NCBI GenBank assembly: GCA_965261085.1
Contig: OZ253442.1
Coordinates: 2,016,001 to 2,080,000 of the forward strand
Reading direction: 5' to 3'
Length of the DNA: 64,000 nt
From: a bacterium
GTDB lineage: Bacteria > UBA8248
The notes below the pieces were generated by a model that did not search any database, was not told where the DNA came from, and saw only the letters and a program-made list of their open reading frames with translations. The translations under genes and the position numbers were made by a program. Below, piece after piece: positions 9,742 through 18,241 of the stretch. Each line of letters begins with the position of its first letter. The first letter of the stretch is position 1.

Positions 9742-10020
9742 ACAACAATAATTGCGGATGGCCTGGAAAAACCGCTGGATTTCCAGGTTGTTTCGCCCTG
9801 GAAAAATCGCCGGTTTTCGGGGGTTTTCGGGCCGAAAAACGCTCTTTAAAAGCGGCATCGCGCGCCCTGAAGCGGGCATTTAATCCCCTCGGCATTTGAA
9901 ATACGCCCCGCATGGGCCGAGGCCCCCCTAGCCGTCGGGTTGAGGGTCGCGGCAGGAGACGGCGAGCTCGACGAGCGCCATGGCGTGGGCCTGCGCTTTC
10001 GAGACGGGATTCGGCCAGCC
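9742..10020. repeat. direct repeat copy 2 (279 bp; 9-bp deletion relative to copy 1)
   Basis: See copy 1; it abuts the point where the integrase fragment is truncated. Confidence 0.9.
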
Positions 10021-10108
10021 CCCGGTCCCAGAAGAGGGCGTCCCCCGCCTCGACGCTCAGCGCGTCGAAGGCGCGCTTGGTAATTTTGAGTTCGCTTCTT
10101 TTGGGCAT
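10012..10108 (-). pseudogene. tyrosine integrase N-terminal (arm-DNA-binding) fragment
   Basis: MPKRSELKITKRAFDALSVEAGDALFWDRGLA fits the K[LI]TKR.VDAL...FWDR.L.GF start of P4-like integrases; breaks off at the repeat after ~32 aa. Confidence 0.7.
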
Positions 10109-10333
10109 AGACCTGCCCGGAAAAATCCGTAATCAAAACGCATACGAGCGGCATCAATCCGAGGCGTATTAAAGCATAAGTATGGCGAAAATACAAGAGA
10201 GAATTGAATCGAAATTATCAGAAATAACTGAATATAAACAGATAGTTATCGTATGAAGAGGCGTTCAGTCGTACGATTGGCAAACAGACGGATTTGTTAC
10301 AATGTCTCAGCTCCCTCATCAGTCGCGACAAAC

Positions 10334-10402
10334 CCTCCCTCATCGGTCGGGTCTGACCTCCCTCATCGGTCGGGTCTGACCTCCTGCATTGGTCGAGATT
10401 GA
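10334..10402. repeat. 23-bp tandem repeat x3 (two perfect, one degenerate)
   Basis: cctccctcatcggtcgggtctga x2, then cctcctgcattggtcgagattga. Confidence 0.85.
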
Positions 10403-10483
10403 CCACCGTGAGGAGGTGAGGCGTACTCATCGACTCAGGCGTGACAAGGAAATATGAAAATAATCCAATTTCCTGAAAATATC

Positions 10484-10575
10484 GATAAATTCACGGGGTT
10501 TTTCGATAAATTGATTGGATGATATGATACTTGAATTATATATTGTAAATCATTGATATAGCTGGATATATAACT
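10484..10575. repeat. AT-rich element, left copy (inverted relative to 15533-15676)
   Basis: 10484-10512 is the exact reverse complement of 15637-15665 (29 bp); blocks gatatgata and tgtaa.t.attgatata are also shared in the same order. Confidence 0.8.
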
Positions 10576-10577
10576 TT

Positions 10578-11453
10578 TTATCTGGATGCGGAATTCACGA
10601 GATAGATGCCCGATGAGATAAGAACAGCTCCCCCGAGCATGAGCAGCGTCAGGGGTTCCGCGAGCAGCAAAGCGCCCATCAAAACCCCGAATACGGGGGT
10701 CAAGAACATGAACACGCCCACGCGGCTCGCCGGGTAGTCCGTCAGCAGCCACAGCCAGGGAATCATGGCAAAGCCCGTGCCGATGAGGCCGCTATAGCCC
10801 ACCCCGGTGAGCACGTTCGTATCCGTGAGATCGGGCCAGGGCTCGCCCCGAAGCGAGGCGATGAGAAAGAACGGGAGCACGGCCAGAAGCTGGGTCCAGG
10901 CGGTGATTCTGAAGGCGTCGAAACTCCTCAGCCTCAATTTCAGGAAAATCGACTGCACCGCCCACACAACAGCCGCCAGGACGACGATGGCGTCCCCGTA
11001 CCAGGTGGAACCGCCGGCCGAGGAGAGCTTGTCGCCAAAGAGAAACACCATGCCCAGACTCGCGGCCATGAAGCCGAAAACCGCACGGACACCCACCCTC
11101 TCATGGGGCAGAATCCACGCCGCGAGCGCCGTCAGCAACAGGGGCTGGACGTATAGGAACAACGAGGCGCGCCCCGCTGTGGTGTGGTTCACCCCGTGAT
11201 AGTAGGTGATGAACATGATGTTGTGCAGGCAGGCGTTGATCCAGAAATCGCGATTCTCCTTCCCGCCGCCCGGGTGCGGAGGCAGAACCGGCATTTTTCG
11301 GATAAACATGATCAGAAAAACGCTCGACGCCGAGATGAGGCCCCGGAGCCAGAGGAACGTAAAAGGCTCCACGCCGCGCAGGCCTATCTTGGCCGCCGGA
11401 AAGCTCAGGCCCCACAGAAAAGTGACGGTGAAAATCAAAACGAAAAATCGCAA
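10578..11453 (-). CDS. DMT/EamA family transporter
   Basis: 10 TM; LWGLSFPAAKIGL, LYVQPLL, LTPVFGVLMGALLLAEPL. Confidence 0.88.
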   Translation of the reverse strand: MRFFVLIFTVTFLWGLSFPAAKIGLRGVEPFTFLWLRGLISASSVFLIMFIRKMPVLPPHPGGGKENRDFWINACLHNIMFITYYHGVNHTTAGRASLFLYVQPLLLTALAAWILPHERVGVRAVFGFMAASLGMVFLFGDKLSSAGGSTWYGDAIVVLAAVVWAVQSIFLKLRLRSFDAFRITAWTQLLAVLPFFLIASLRGEPWPDLTDTNVLTGVGYSGLIGTGFAMIPWLWLLTDYPASRVGVFMFLTPVFGVLMGALLLAEPLTLLMLGGAVLISSGIYLVNSASR

Positions 11454-11530
11454 TTCCTGCCTGTTCCTTCAGCAAATCCGCTCTATACCGGGTATCGAAC
11501 AGCGGGTGAAATTCGGGGAAAGCGCCGCCT

Positions 11531-12154
11531 TTAGCTGTCGGACTCTTTTTTCTTCGGAAACGGCTCCAGGTCCTTCAAATCCACTTTTTGCTCCAGTTCG
11601 TCGTGACAGGCATCGCAGCGCGGCTGCGCCGTGGCCGCCACCATGAACCCTTTCGCCCTCTCGCCGTCAAGCCGGTGGCCGTTGTGGCACTGCACGCAGT
11701 TCGCCTTTAACTCCGCGTGGTCTGAAATGGCGTGAAAGGCGTCATCGGCCAGTTCCAGAAGACGCTCCTCTTCATGACACTTCACACAGTCATTATCGAG
11801 AATAGGATGGAAAACGCGCGAGGGCTGCTCATAATCGCCAATAATGAATTTATACAGATCCTTGTTCGCCAGAATCGTCGTGCGAATCATGCCCGTGATG
11901 CCCTCTTCCCCGTGACAGGAGATGCACCGCACGTCGCCCACGCTCTTATGCCATCCGCCCAGCGTCTGCACCGCGTTCTTCACGCGCGCGCCGTCATCGA
12001 GATAATCCTGATGATCCTGTAAGTGACACGCCGTGCAAAAAGGATCGTAGGACTCCACGGCGCGAATCCCGTACAACCCGCCGACCCCGGCCAAGGGGGA
12101 TAAGACAATGATCAGAATCAACCATTTCCACCATCGCCCCCAAAATCTTCGCAT
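11531..12154 (-). CDS. membrane-anchored pentaheme cytochrome c (NapC/NirT-like N-terminus)
   Basis: N-terminal TM; five CxxCH motifs: CTACH, CISCH, CVKCH, CVQCH, CDACH. Confidence 0.85.
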   Translation of the reverse strand: MRRFWGRWWKWLILIIVLSPLAGVGGLYGIRAVESYDPFCTACHLQDHQDYLDDGARVKNAVQTLGGWHKSVGDVRCISCHGEEGITGMIRTTILANKDLYKFIIGDYEQPSRVFHPILDNDCVKCHEEERLLELADDAFHAISDHAELKANCVQCHNGHRLDGERAKGFMVAATAQPRCDACHDELEQKVDLKDLEPFPKKKESDS

Positions 12155-12300
12155 TTAGGTTCTCCTTGGCCATCACATGCTAACACCGCCACTCCCCACT
12201 CACCAGGATATAGAACCGCCATCCCATTTTCTGCGTGTTAGATCTTCCTCATTATAGCGCGATTTGCTAGGATGGCTCTTGATGATAGGAGGTTGATCCG

Positions 12301-12663
12301 ATGGCGAGAACAAGATTCAGCGCGAACAAACGCCGCCCGGGGCGCAGGAGCGCTCCCAAGCCGGCCGCCCTTACCGGAGAAAGCGCGAAACAGATCGCCG
12401 CGCGCCTGAAATCCTCTGCGAGCGTGGGCAAGAACGCGCAGGACTACCGGCGCAAATCGCTTGAAATTCACGGCTGGTTCTGTGCGAAATGCGGCCGGGA
12501 TTTCGATGAAAACAACCTCCATATCTTGACGGTTCACCACCGTGACGGTGACCACAAAAACAATCCGCCGGACGGGAGCAACTGGGAGAATCTGTGTGGG
12601 GAATGCCACGAGGATGAACACTCCCGCGACATGCTTGGCCGTTATCTGAGCGATGACAGTTAA
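12301..12663 (+). CDS. yajD: YajD family HNH nuclease
   Basis: CAKCGRDF, LTVHHRDGDHKNNPPDGSNWENLCGECHEDEH. Confidence 0.85.
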   Translation: MARTRFSANKRRPGRRSAPKPAALTGESAKQIAARLKSSASVGKNAQDYRRKSLEIHGWFCAKCGRDFDENNLHILTVHHRDGDHKNNPPDGSNWENLCGECHEDEHSRDMLGRYLSDDS

Positions 12664-12684
12664 TAATCTAAAACACCCACCATC

Positions 12685-13971
12685 ATGATATTGTCGGTTA
12701 AGCCAACCATCGCAAAAGGAACCACCAGCGTACCCGGTTCGAAATCCCATTCCATCCGCGCCGTCGCGTTCGCATCCCTGGCTTCCGGGAAAAGCGTGAT
12801 ATCAAACCCCCTGGATTCAGAGGACGGCCTCTCGGCGGCCAGCGTCTACGCGAGCTTTGGCGCTAAAATACACAAGGAAAATGAGGTCTGGTCCGTGGAG
12901 GGTTTCGGCGCCCGGCCCAATGCGCCTCAAGGAATTCTCGACGTGGGAAATTCAGGGACCACCTGCCGGATGGCGCTCGGCACCGCCGCGCTCATACGGG
13001 AGGGCGAAGCTTGTTTCGATGGCGATCCCCAGACCAGAAAACGCCCGATGGGGCCATTGCTCGATGCCCTCCAAAACCTGGGCGCAAAGACGCAATACGG
13101 CGGCGGCTTCCTGCCCGTCACGGTGGGCGGCCCGTGGCGCGGCGGCCGGACGAAAGTGGACGGGACGACCAGTCAGTTTACGTCCTCCTTGTTGTTGAAC
13201 GCACCTTTCGGCGAGGAGACAACCATCATCGAGCCGATTGATCTGAACGAGCGCCCATACGTCGAGATGACGCTGTGGTGGCTTGATCGTCTGGGCTTAC
13301 GATACGAGCGCGATGAATACCGCAGCTTCATGGTTCCGGGCGGACAGACGCTCTCTAGATTCGAAGTTACCGTCCCCGCCGATTGGAGTTCCGCCGCCTT
13401 TCTCGTGGCCGCAGGCGCGCTGCCGGGTGGTGACGTAACGCTCGAGGGGCTGGATCTCAACGACTCTCAAGGGGATAAGGAGATTCTCAGATTCGTCGAG
13501 GAAATGGGCGCTGATGTTCTCGTCACAGAGACCAGCGTCCGAATACGCGGAAAAGCGCTGCGCGGAGGTGAATTCGACTTAAACGCCACGCCCGATCTGC
13601 TGCCAGTCATGGCCGTGCTCGGTGCGTTCGCAGATGGGGAGACCAGACTCCTCAACACGCCCCAGGCCCGCATCAAGGAAACGGATAGAATCTCCGCCAT
13701 GCGCGAAGTGCTCGAAACGTTGGGCGGTGAGGCGAGAGAACTGACGGATGGCATCATTATTAAGGGTGGCGGATTGAAGGGCGGGGCTGTTCATGGTTTC
13801 GGCGATCACCGCGTCGTCATGTCCGCAGCCATTGCCGGGCTCGCCGCCCCGGAGGGAGTATCGGTCGACACGGCGGAGGCGATGGCGGTAACATTTCCTG
13901 ATTTTTGCGAACGCATGGCGTCACTGGGCGCCGATATACAGACGAAGGATTCATTCGATGCCAATCTATGA
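12685..13971 (+). CDS. aroA: 3-phosphoshikimate 1-carboxyvinyltransferase
   Basis: PGSKSHS, GNSGTT, RPM, TSQF, DWSSA, KETDRI, GDHR motifs. Confidence 0.95.
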   Translation: MILSVKPTIAKGTTSVPGSKSHSIRAVAFASLASGKSVISNPLDSEDGLSAASVYASFGAKIHKENEVWSVEGFGARPNAPQGILDVGNSGTTCRMALGTAALIREGEACFDGDPQTRKRPMGPLLDALQNLGAKTQYGGGFLPVTVGGPWRGGRTKVDGTTSQFTSSLLLNAPFGEETTIIEPIDLNERPYVEMTLWWLDRLGLRYERDEYRSFMVPGGQTLSRFEVTVPADWSSAAFLVAAGALPGGDVTLEGLDLNDSQGDKEILRFVEEMGADVLVTETSVRIRGKALRGGEFDLNATPDLLPVMAVLGAFADGETRLLNTPQARIKETDRISAMREVLETLGGEARELTDGIIIKGGGLKGGAVHGFGDHRVVMSAAIAGLAAPEGVSVDTAEAMAVTFPDFCERMASLGADIQTKDSFDANL

Positions 13972-14290
13972 GTATGAGTGCAAGGAGTGCGGCTTTATTT
14001 CCGGCCATCTGGTGATGAAGCCGGCGGACAGGAGAAAACTCACCTGCCGCTCCTGCGGAAACAAAAAACTCAGAAAAATCATGTCGCGCTTTTCTTCTCA
14101 CCAGACCGAAGCCCAGCGGCTCGAATCGTTCGACCCATCGAAGCCGCAGGACGGTTCTTTCTACAAGGACGATCGCAACATCGGGCTCTGGGCCCAAAAA
14201 CGCGCCCAGCAGCTGGGCGTCGACCTTGGCGATTCTTTCGGTGAAACCCTGGAAAAGGGACGCTCGAAGAAAATTCTCGATAACCTATGA
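13958..14290 (+). CDS. FmdB family zinc-ribbon protein
   Basis: MPIYEYECKECG...CRSCG...KIMSRF. Confidence 0.85.
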   Translation: MPIYEYECKECGFISGHLVMKPADRRKLTCRSCGNKKLRKIMSRFSSHQTEAQRLESFDPSKPQDGSFYKDDRNIGLWAQKRAQQLGVDLGDSFGETLEKGRSKKILDNL

Positions 14291-14294
14291 GGTC

Positions 14295-14978
14295 ATGTTG
14301 ACCCTCGAAATTAAGATGAGCGAGGCGCTTCGCGCCGAGGCGGTGCCGCTTTGGGAAACAATCCATGAGCATTCCTTCGTTCGGGGCCTCGGTGAAGGCA
14401 CCCTGCCTCTTGCGCAATTTCGCTTCTATATGTGCCAGGACTACATTTTCTTGAAGGAATACAGCCGCGTCATCGCCCTGGCCGTCGTGAAAGCCCCCGA
14501 ACTGGCGGATATGGGGCGTTTCGCCGACCTGCTGAACGCCACGCTGAACACGGAGATGGAACTCCACCGGAGTTTTGCGGCGAAATTCGGCATATCAACC
14601 GCAGAGATTGAGGCGACAAAGCCCGCCCCCACGTGCAAGGGATACACCGATTTCCTGCTCGAGGCGGCCTATTCGGGCACGTTCGGGGAAATCGCCGCCG
14701 CCATGCTACCCTGCCAATGGGACTACGCCATCATCGGCGAGTTGCTCGCCTCCAAGGGGGTCCCTGAAAACGCGCCGCTCCACGCCGAGTGGATAGAGAC
14801 TTACGCGTCCGATGAATTCGCTCAACTCGCCCGCTGGCTGCGCGAAATGCTCGACCAAGCCGCATCGACCGCCAGCCCCGCCGAGCGTGAGCGCATGCGC
14901 GCGCACTTTCTGATGGGCACGCGATATGAATACCTCTTCTGGGATATGAGTTGGAACATGGAAGAGTGGCCCCTATAG
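14295..14978 (+). CDS. tenA: thiaminase II
   Basis: HSFVRGLGEGTL, YMCQDYIFL, catalytic Cys in MLPCQWDY, WIETYAS, YEYLFWDM; start at 14295 or 14316. Confidence 0.9.
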   Translation: MLTLEIKMSEALRAEAVPLWETIHEHSFVRGLGEGTLPLAQFRFYMCQDYIFLKEYSRVIALAVVKAPELADMGRFADLLNATLNTEMELHRSFAAKFGISTAEIEATKPAPTCKGYTDFLLEAAYSGTFGEIAAAMLPCQWDYAIIGELLASKGVPENAPLHAEWIETYASDEFAQLARWLREMLDQAASTASPAERERMRAHFLMGTRYEYLFWDMSWNMEEWPL

Positions 14979-14999
14979 CCCAAGCCGGATAGAGCCGAT

Positions 15000-15536
15000 A
15001 TGTCCCCCAGAACGCGAAAAGACATCCCCAACCCCAAACGGTGCACATGGGCCGAGGGCGACCCGATGATGGAGAAATACCATGACGAGGAATGGGGGTT
15101 TCCCGTCCGAACGACCCGGAAACATTTTGAACAACTGACGCTCGAAATCTTTCAGGCGGGCCTCTCCTGGCGAACCATCCTCCATAAGCGCGCGGAGTTC
15201 AGAAAGGAATTTTTGCGATTCTCACCCGAGAAGGTCGCCCTCTTCACCGAGAAGGATATTAGACGCATTCTCGGGAACACCGGCGTCGTGCGGAACCGAA
15301 AGAAAATCGAGGCGACCATCGAGAACGCCAAAAGATTCCTGGCCATCCAGAAAAAACATGGCTCGTTCAACCGCTACCTCGCCTCCCTGCCGGACGATCT
15401 ACCATCGTTACAAAAGATATTCCGCGAGGAATTCACCTTCATGGGACCCAAGATCGCAGAAGCCTATCTCGAAAGCGTGGGGAAGATACCCGAACTCCAC
15501 GATCCGCGCTGCTGGCGGAATAAAACAAATAGATAA
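15000..15536 (+). CDS. tag: DNA-3-methyladenine glycosylase I
   Basis: RCTWA, YHDEEWG, LEIFQAGLSW, VRNRKKIEATIENA, FTFMGP, HDPRC. Confidence 0.92.
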   Translation: MSPRTRKDIPNPKRCTWAEGDPMMEKYHDEEWGFPVRTTRKHFEQLTLEIFQAGLSWRTILHKRAEFRKEFLRFSPEKVALFTEKDIRRILGNTGVVRNRKKIEATIENAKRFLAIQKKHGSFNRYLASLPDDLPSLQKIFREEFTFMGPKIAEAYLESVGKIPELHDPRCWRNKTNR

Positions 15537-15676
15537 CCATTTATATATCAATAAATTACATATTTGTTACTAAAGTGTATTATCATATCTGTTCACCCGT
15601 TCGTCTCTCCTCTTTTGCTTTCAGAAATACCCCGTTAATTTATCGAAAAACCCCGTGAATTTATCTAAATTTATCG
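15533..15676. repeat. AT-rich element, right copy, with internal 21-bp tandem (aaa.accccgt.aatttatc.)
   Basis: 15625-15645 and 15646-15666 are tandem units, followed by a third aatttatcg; inverted match to 10484-10575. Confidence 0.8.
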
Positions 15677-16111
15677 AATTGTTCAGTTCATACCTGAGCG
15701 GTATGTGAGAGTTTGCGCTTCTCCTAAGAAGGCAAGATCGCGCCACTGAAGCCGAATCGCCCGTTTCATTTTCTCCCTCCTTCAATCGATGAGAACACTC
15801 TCTTTTCCCGAGCGGAATTCTCGCCTGGCTGGACCAAAACCCCGTGACGGCAAATGCGGGAAAATGCGTGATCAATACCGAGCGGGGAGGGAGGGATAGC
15901 CGAGCGGGGAGTGAGGGATTGCCGACCAAGTGGAGTGGGACACTCTCGCCCGAAGAGAAGAGTATGCGACCGGCGAGAGAGGGTGCCGCTTTCCTCCTGA
16001 GAGGACCTGCGCCATGCGGGAGATCCCGACGGCGGACTTCCAGCGGTGTTCAGGTCGGGAGTTTGTCGTCATCGACGCGCGGGGACGGGGAGGATGGGCC
16101 GAAAGTTCTCT

Positions 16112-16495
16112 TCAGGCCGTCTCGATATCGGTCTGAGCGAAGTCTTCGCCCTTGAACAGGAGCGGCTCGCCGGTGAGGTCCGCGAGGGCGTATGCGAAGC
16201 AATCGCCCAGATTCAGCCTCGCCGGATGATTCCCCCTTCCGAAGCGCCGCCAAGCGCGCCGGGCGGCCTGCGCCTGCTCCACCGTGACGGGTGCGAGTTC
16301 GATTCCCGCCGTTTCGATAAACGCATCGAGTTCCTCGCCCGCCGCCGCGCCGCCTCTGCCTTCGAGCACCATCGCCGCCTCGAGCAGCCCGACGACCGAC
16401 ATGCGGCAGTGGCCCTGCGCTATCGCCTTCTCGTAGCGCTCCGCGTCCGGCTCGCCGAACAGGACGGCCAGAAGAGCCGACGTATCGACAATCAT
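16112..16495 (-). CDS. vapC: VapC PIN-domain toxin
   Basis: MIVDTSALLAVLFGEP, LNLGDCFAYALA, LLFKGEDF. Confidence 0.93.
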   Translation of the reverse strand: MIVDTSALLAVLFGEPDAERYEKAIAQGHCRMSVVGLLEAAMVLEGRGGAAAGEELDAFIETAGIELAPVTVEQAQAARRAWRRFGRGNHPARLNLGDCFAYALADLTGEPLLFKGEDFAQTDIETA

Positions 16496-16749
16496 CTGGG
16501 CAGTCCCCGCTCGTCATAGAGCGCATCGCCGTGTTCGACGGCGGAGGGCCCCTGCCCGACCAGCCCGGCGCAGCGCCGCCCGATGGCGTGAAGTTCGCGG
16601 GCCAGGGCGTCCGCATCGCGCCGGCGTTTTTCCCGAGCGAGGCGCTCGCGCAGCGCAAGCGTGATGGCGCCCGTCTTGCTCTCTCCCGTCAGACGGGCGA
16701 GTTCGCCCGCGAGCCGGCAGGTTTCCTCGTTCTTGATGTTGAGGCCCAT
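16492..16749 (-). CDS. vapB: VapB antitoxin (Rv0623-like)
   Basis: MGLNIKNEETCRLAGELARLTGESKTGAI...LYDERGLPR; ATGA overlap with vapC. Confidence 0.9.
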   Translation of the reverse strand: MGLNIKNEETCRLAGELARLTGESKTGAITLALRERLAREKRRRDADALARELHAIGRRCAGLVGQGPSAVEHGDALYDERGLPR

Positions 16750-16981
16750 CGCCTTTTCTCCTTGGGTGCACTCAAGGGTAGAATGCCTTTTCTTTTTCTA
16801 CCCTAAGGCATTTCGGGACGATGGGCAAGGGGGAATTTTGAAGCTAGGGATAGGGAATTGCGGCGATGGCCCGATATCATTGAGACGGCATCGATGGTTG
16901 GAACGGTATTAGCAGTCGTCAAAAGACATATGCTAAATCGGTTGGCGAGGCCAGTAGCTTTAATGTGCAGTTGGATCAATC

Positions 16982-17140
16982 CTAATCAAATCGCACATCC
17001 GAGCGGTTGCACTGGGGACATCGGACGGGTGAAGTCGGTCGATTCTTGCTCCTCGCCTTACGCTTTTCATCTTCGTCAAGGATATTTGTCTCAAACCTGT
17101 TACCGCAATTCCTGCAAAAAAAACGTACCAGTTTAGTCAT
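16982..17140 (-). CDS. small zinc-ribbon protein (52 aa)
   Basis: MTKLVRFFCRNCGNRFE...VRCPQCNRSDVRFD, two CxxC; its ATG overlaps the TIR gene end (ATGACTAA). Confidence 0.7.
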   Translation of the reverse strand: MTKLVRFFCRNCGNRFETNILDEDEKRKARSKNRPTSPVRCPQCNRSDVRFD

Positions 17141-18068
17141 AGGATATCCCTGCCTGTTTGATGAACTCAGACCATAGAATCTCTGCGGCCTGTTGAGGCG
17201 AGAGCTTTTTATCTTGGTCGGAAATAAAAAACATATGGGGCCGTAGGAAAAGGTCGTATTCGTCAGCTTCAACACTAAAGCCGCCGTTTGCAGTGTTAAG
17301 TGGAGCGTTCTCCGAAAATGAGTAGTAGATGTCTGCAAAACCCATGTTACTGTTATGTGCATGTACGGTGATGTGTGCTGCTCCCCGGTTCATATGTTGG
17401 TTGACTATAGTACAAGTGAAGCTCTGCGGGTCGGCCGTAATCAAACGACCCCGAAGACCTTCGATGCTGTCAATTTCAGCGATAGCGGACTCGAAGAAGC
17501 TGTGAACTTCCTCAAATGCTTTATAGCGGAAATCTCTACGGTCAATCTCATCGAAGTCTCGTTTGACCCTATAGCGGTGACTTGCAGATACTGAAGGAGC
17601 GCTTGGTGTAACAGTCGTAGCGGGTTGAACTGCATTGTAGCTGGTTAGAATTCTTCGCAACTCTGTAACAATGTCCAAGAATGCATTGTTTTCGTTTGTC
17701 CATTCTGTGATGGGTTTTCCATCGCGCGGAAGTGCCTTTAGCTTTTTAAGTGAAGAGGCTTTCCAATCACATGGTTCAATGATTATCGGGACGACTCGCA
17801 TCTGACCAGCATCGTGGCGCTCAAGTGCTCGCATCATTTCATTATCGTAGCAATAGTCTGATGCAAGGAAATCCGGGCTTATTAGTGGTAAAAAAAGACA
17901 ACAAGACTCAAGTTGTTCGGAAATCTCCTGATCCAGATCTCCACCGGCGAGAATTTCTCGGTCATACCAGTTATTGAGTTCGCCATCACGGCGAAGCATC
18001 ACAAGATGTGTATGCAGCCGTTCTAGAACTCTTTCGTCCTTGTGAGAATATGAGATGAACGCTTTCAT
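17133..18068 (-). CDS. TIR domain protein with uncharacterised C-terminal domain
   Basis: AFISYSHKD, WYDREILAG, ISPDFLASDYCYDNEM, VVPIIIEPCDW; clearly lower GC than the flanks. Confidence 0.9.
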   Translation of the reverse strand: MKAFISYSHKDERVLERLHTHLVMLRRDGELNNWYDREILAGGDLDQEISEQLESCCLFLPLISPDFLASDYCYDNEMMRALERHDAGQMRVVPIIIEPCDWKASSLKKLKALPRDGKPITEWTNENNAFLDIVTELRRILTSYNAVQPATTVTPSAPSVSASHRYRVKRDFDEIDRRDFRYKAFEEVHSFFESAIAEIDSIEGLRGRLITADPQSFTCTIVNQHMNRGAAHITVHAHNSNMGFADIYYSFSENAPLNTANGGFSVEADEYDLFLRPHMFFISDQDKKLSPQQAAEILWSEFIKQAGISYD

Positions 18069-18241
18069 CTACTCTCTATCCTTCTCTTTTTGTTCTGATT
18101 TGTGAGTCAGCACTTTGAATTTGGTTTTGGATTCTACATGGGCGGAAAGCGGAATATATCAGAATCAATTCATTTTGCAATGGTTTGGTTAAAGCGGGTT
18201 GGCCACTTTCGTTTTTCTAATTGCGATAAACCCTCCCCCCC

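Noticed and set aside
9452-10108. 218-aa ORF (and the similar 6837-7271 ORF) as real genes
   Set aside because: They read through the non-coding repeat; only the first ~32 codons at 10108 look like protein (integrase).
10334-10402. CRISPR array
   Set aside because: The units are head-to-tail with no spacers, and there are no cas genes.
15680-16110. ORFs or a structured RNA between tag and vapC
   Set aside because: No recognisable protein motif or RNA family; probably eroded accessory DNA.
16982-17362. 126-aa version of the Zn-ribbon ORF
   Set aside because: The upstream 74 codons lie inside the TIR gene; the coupled ATG at 17140 is the better start.
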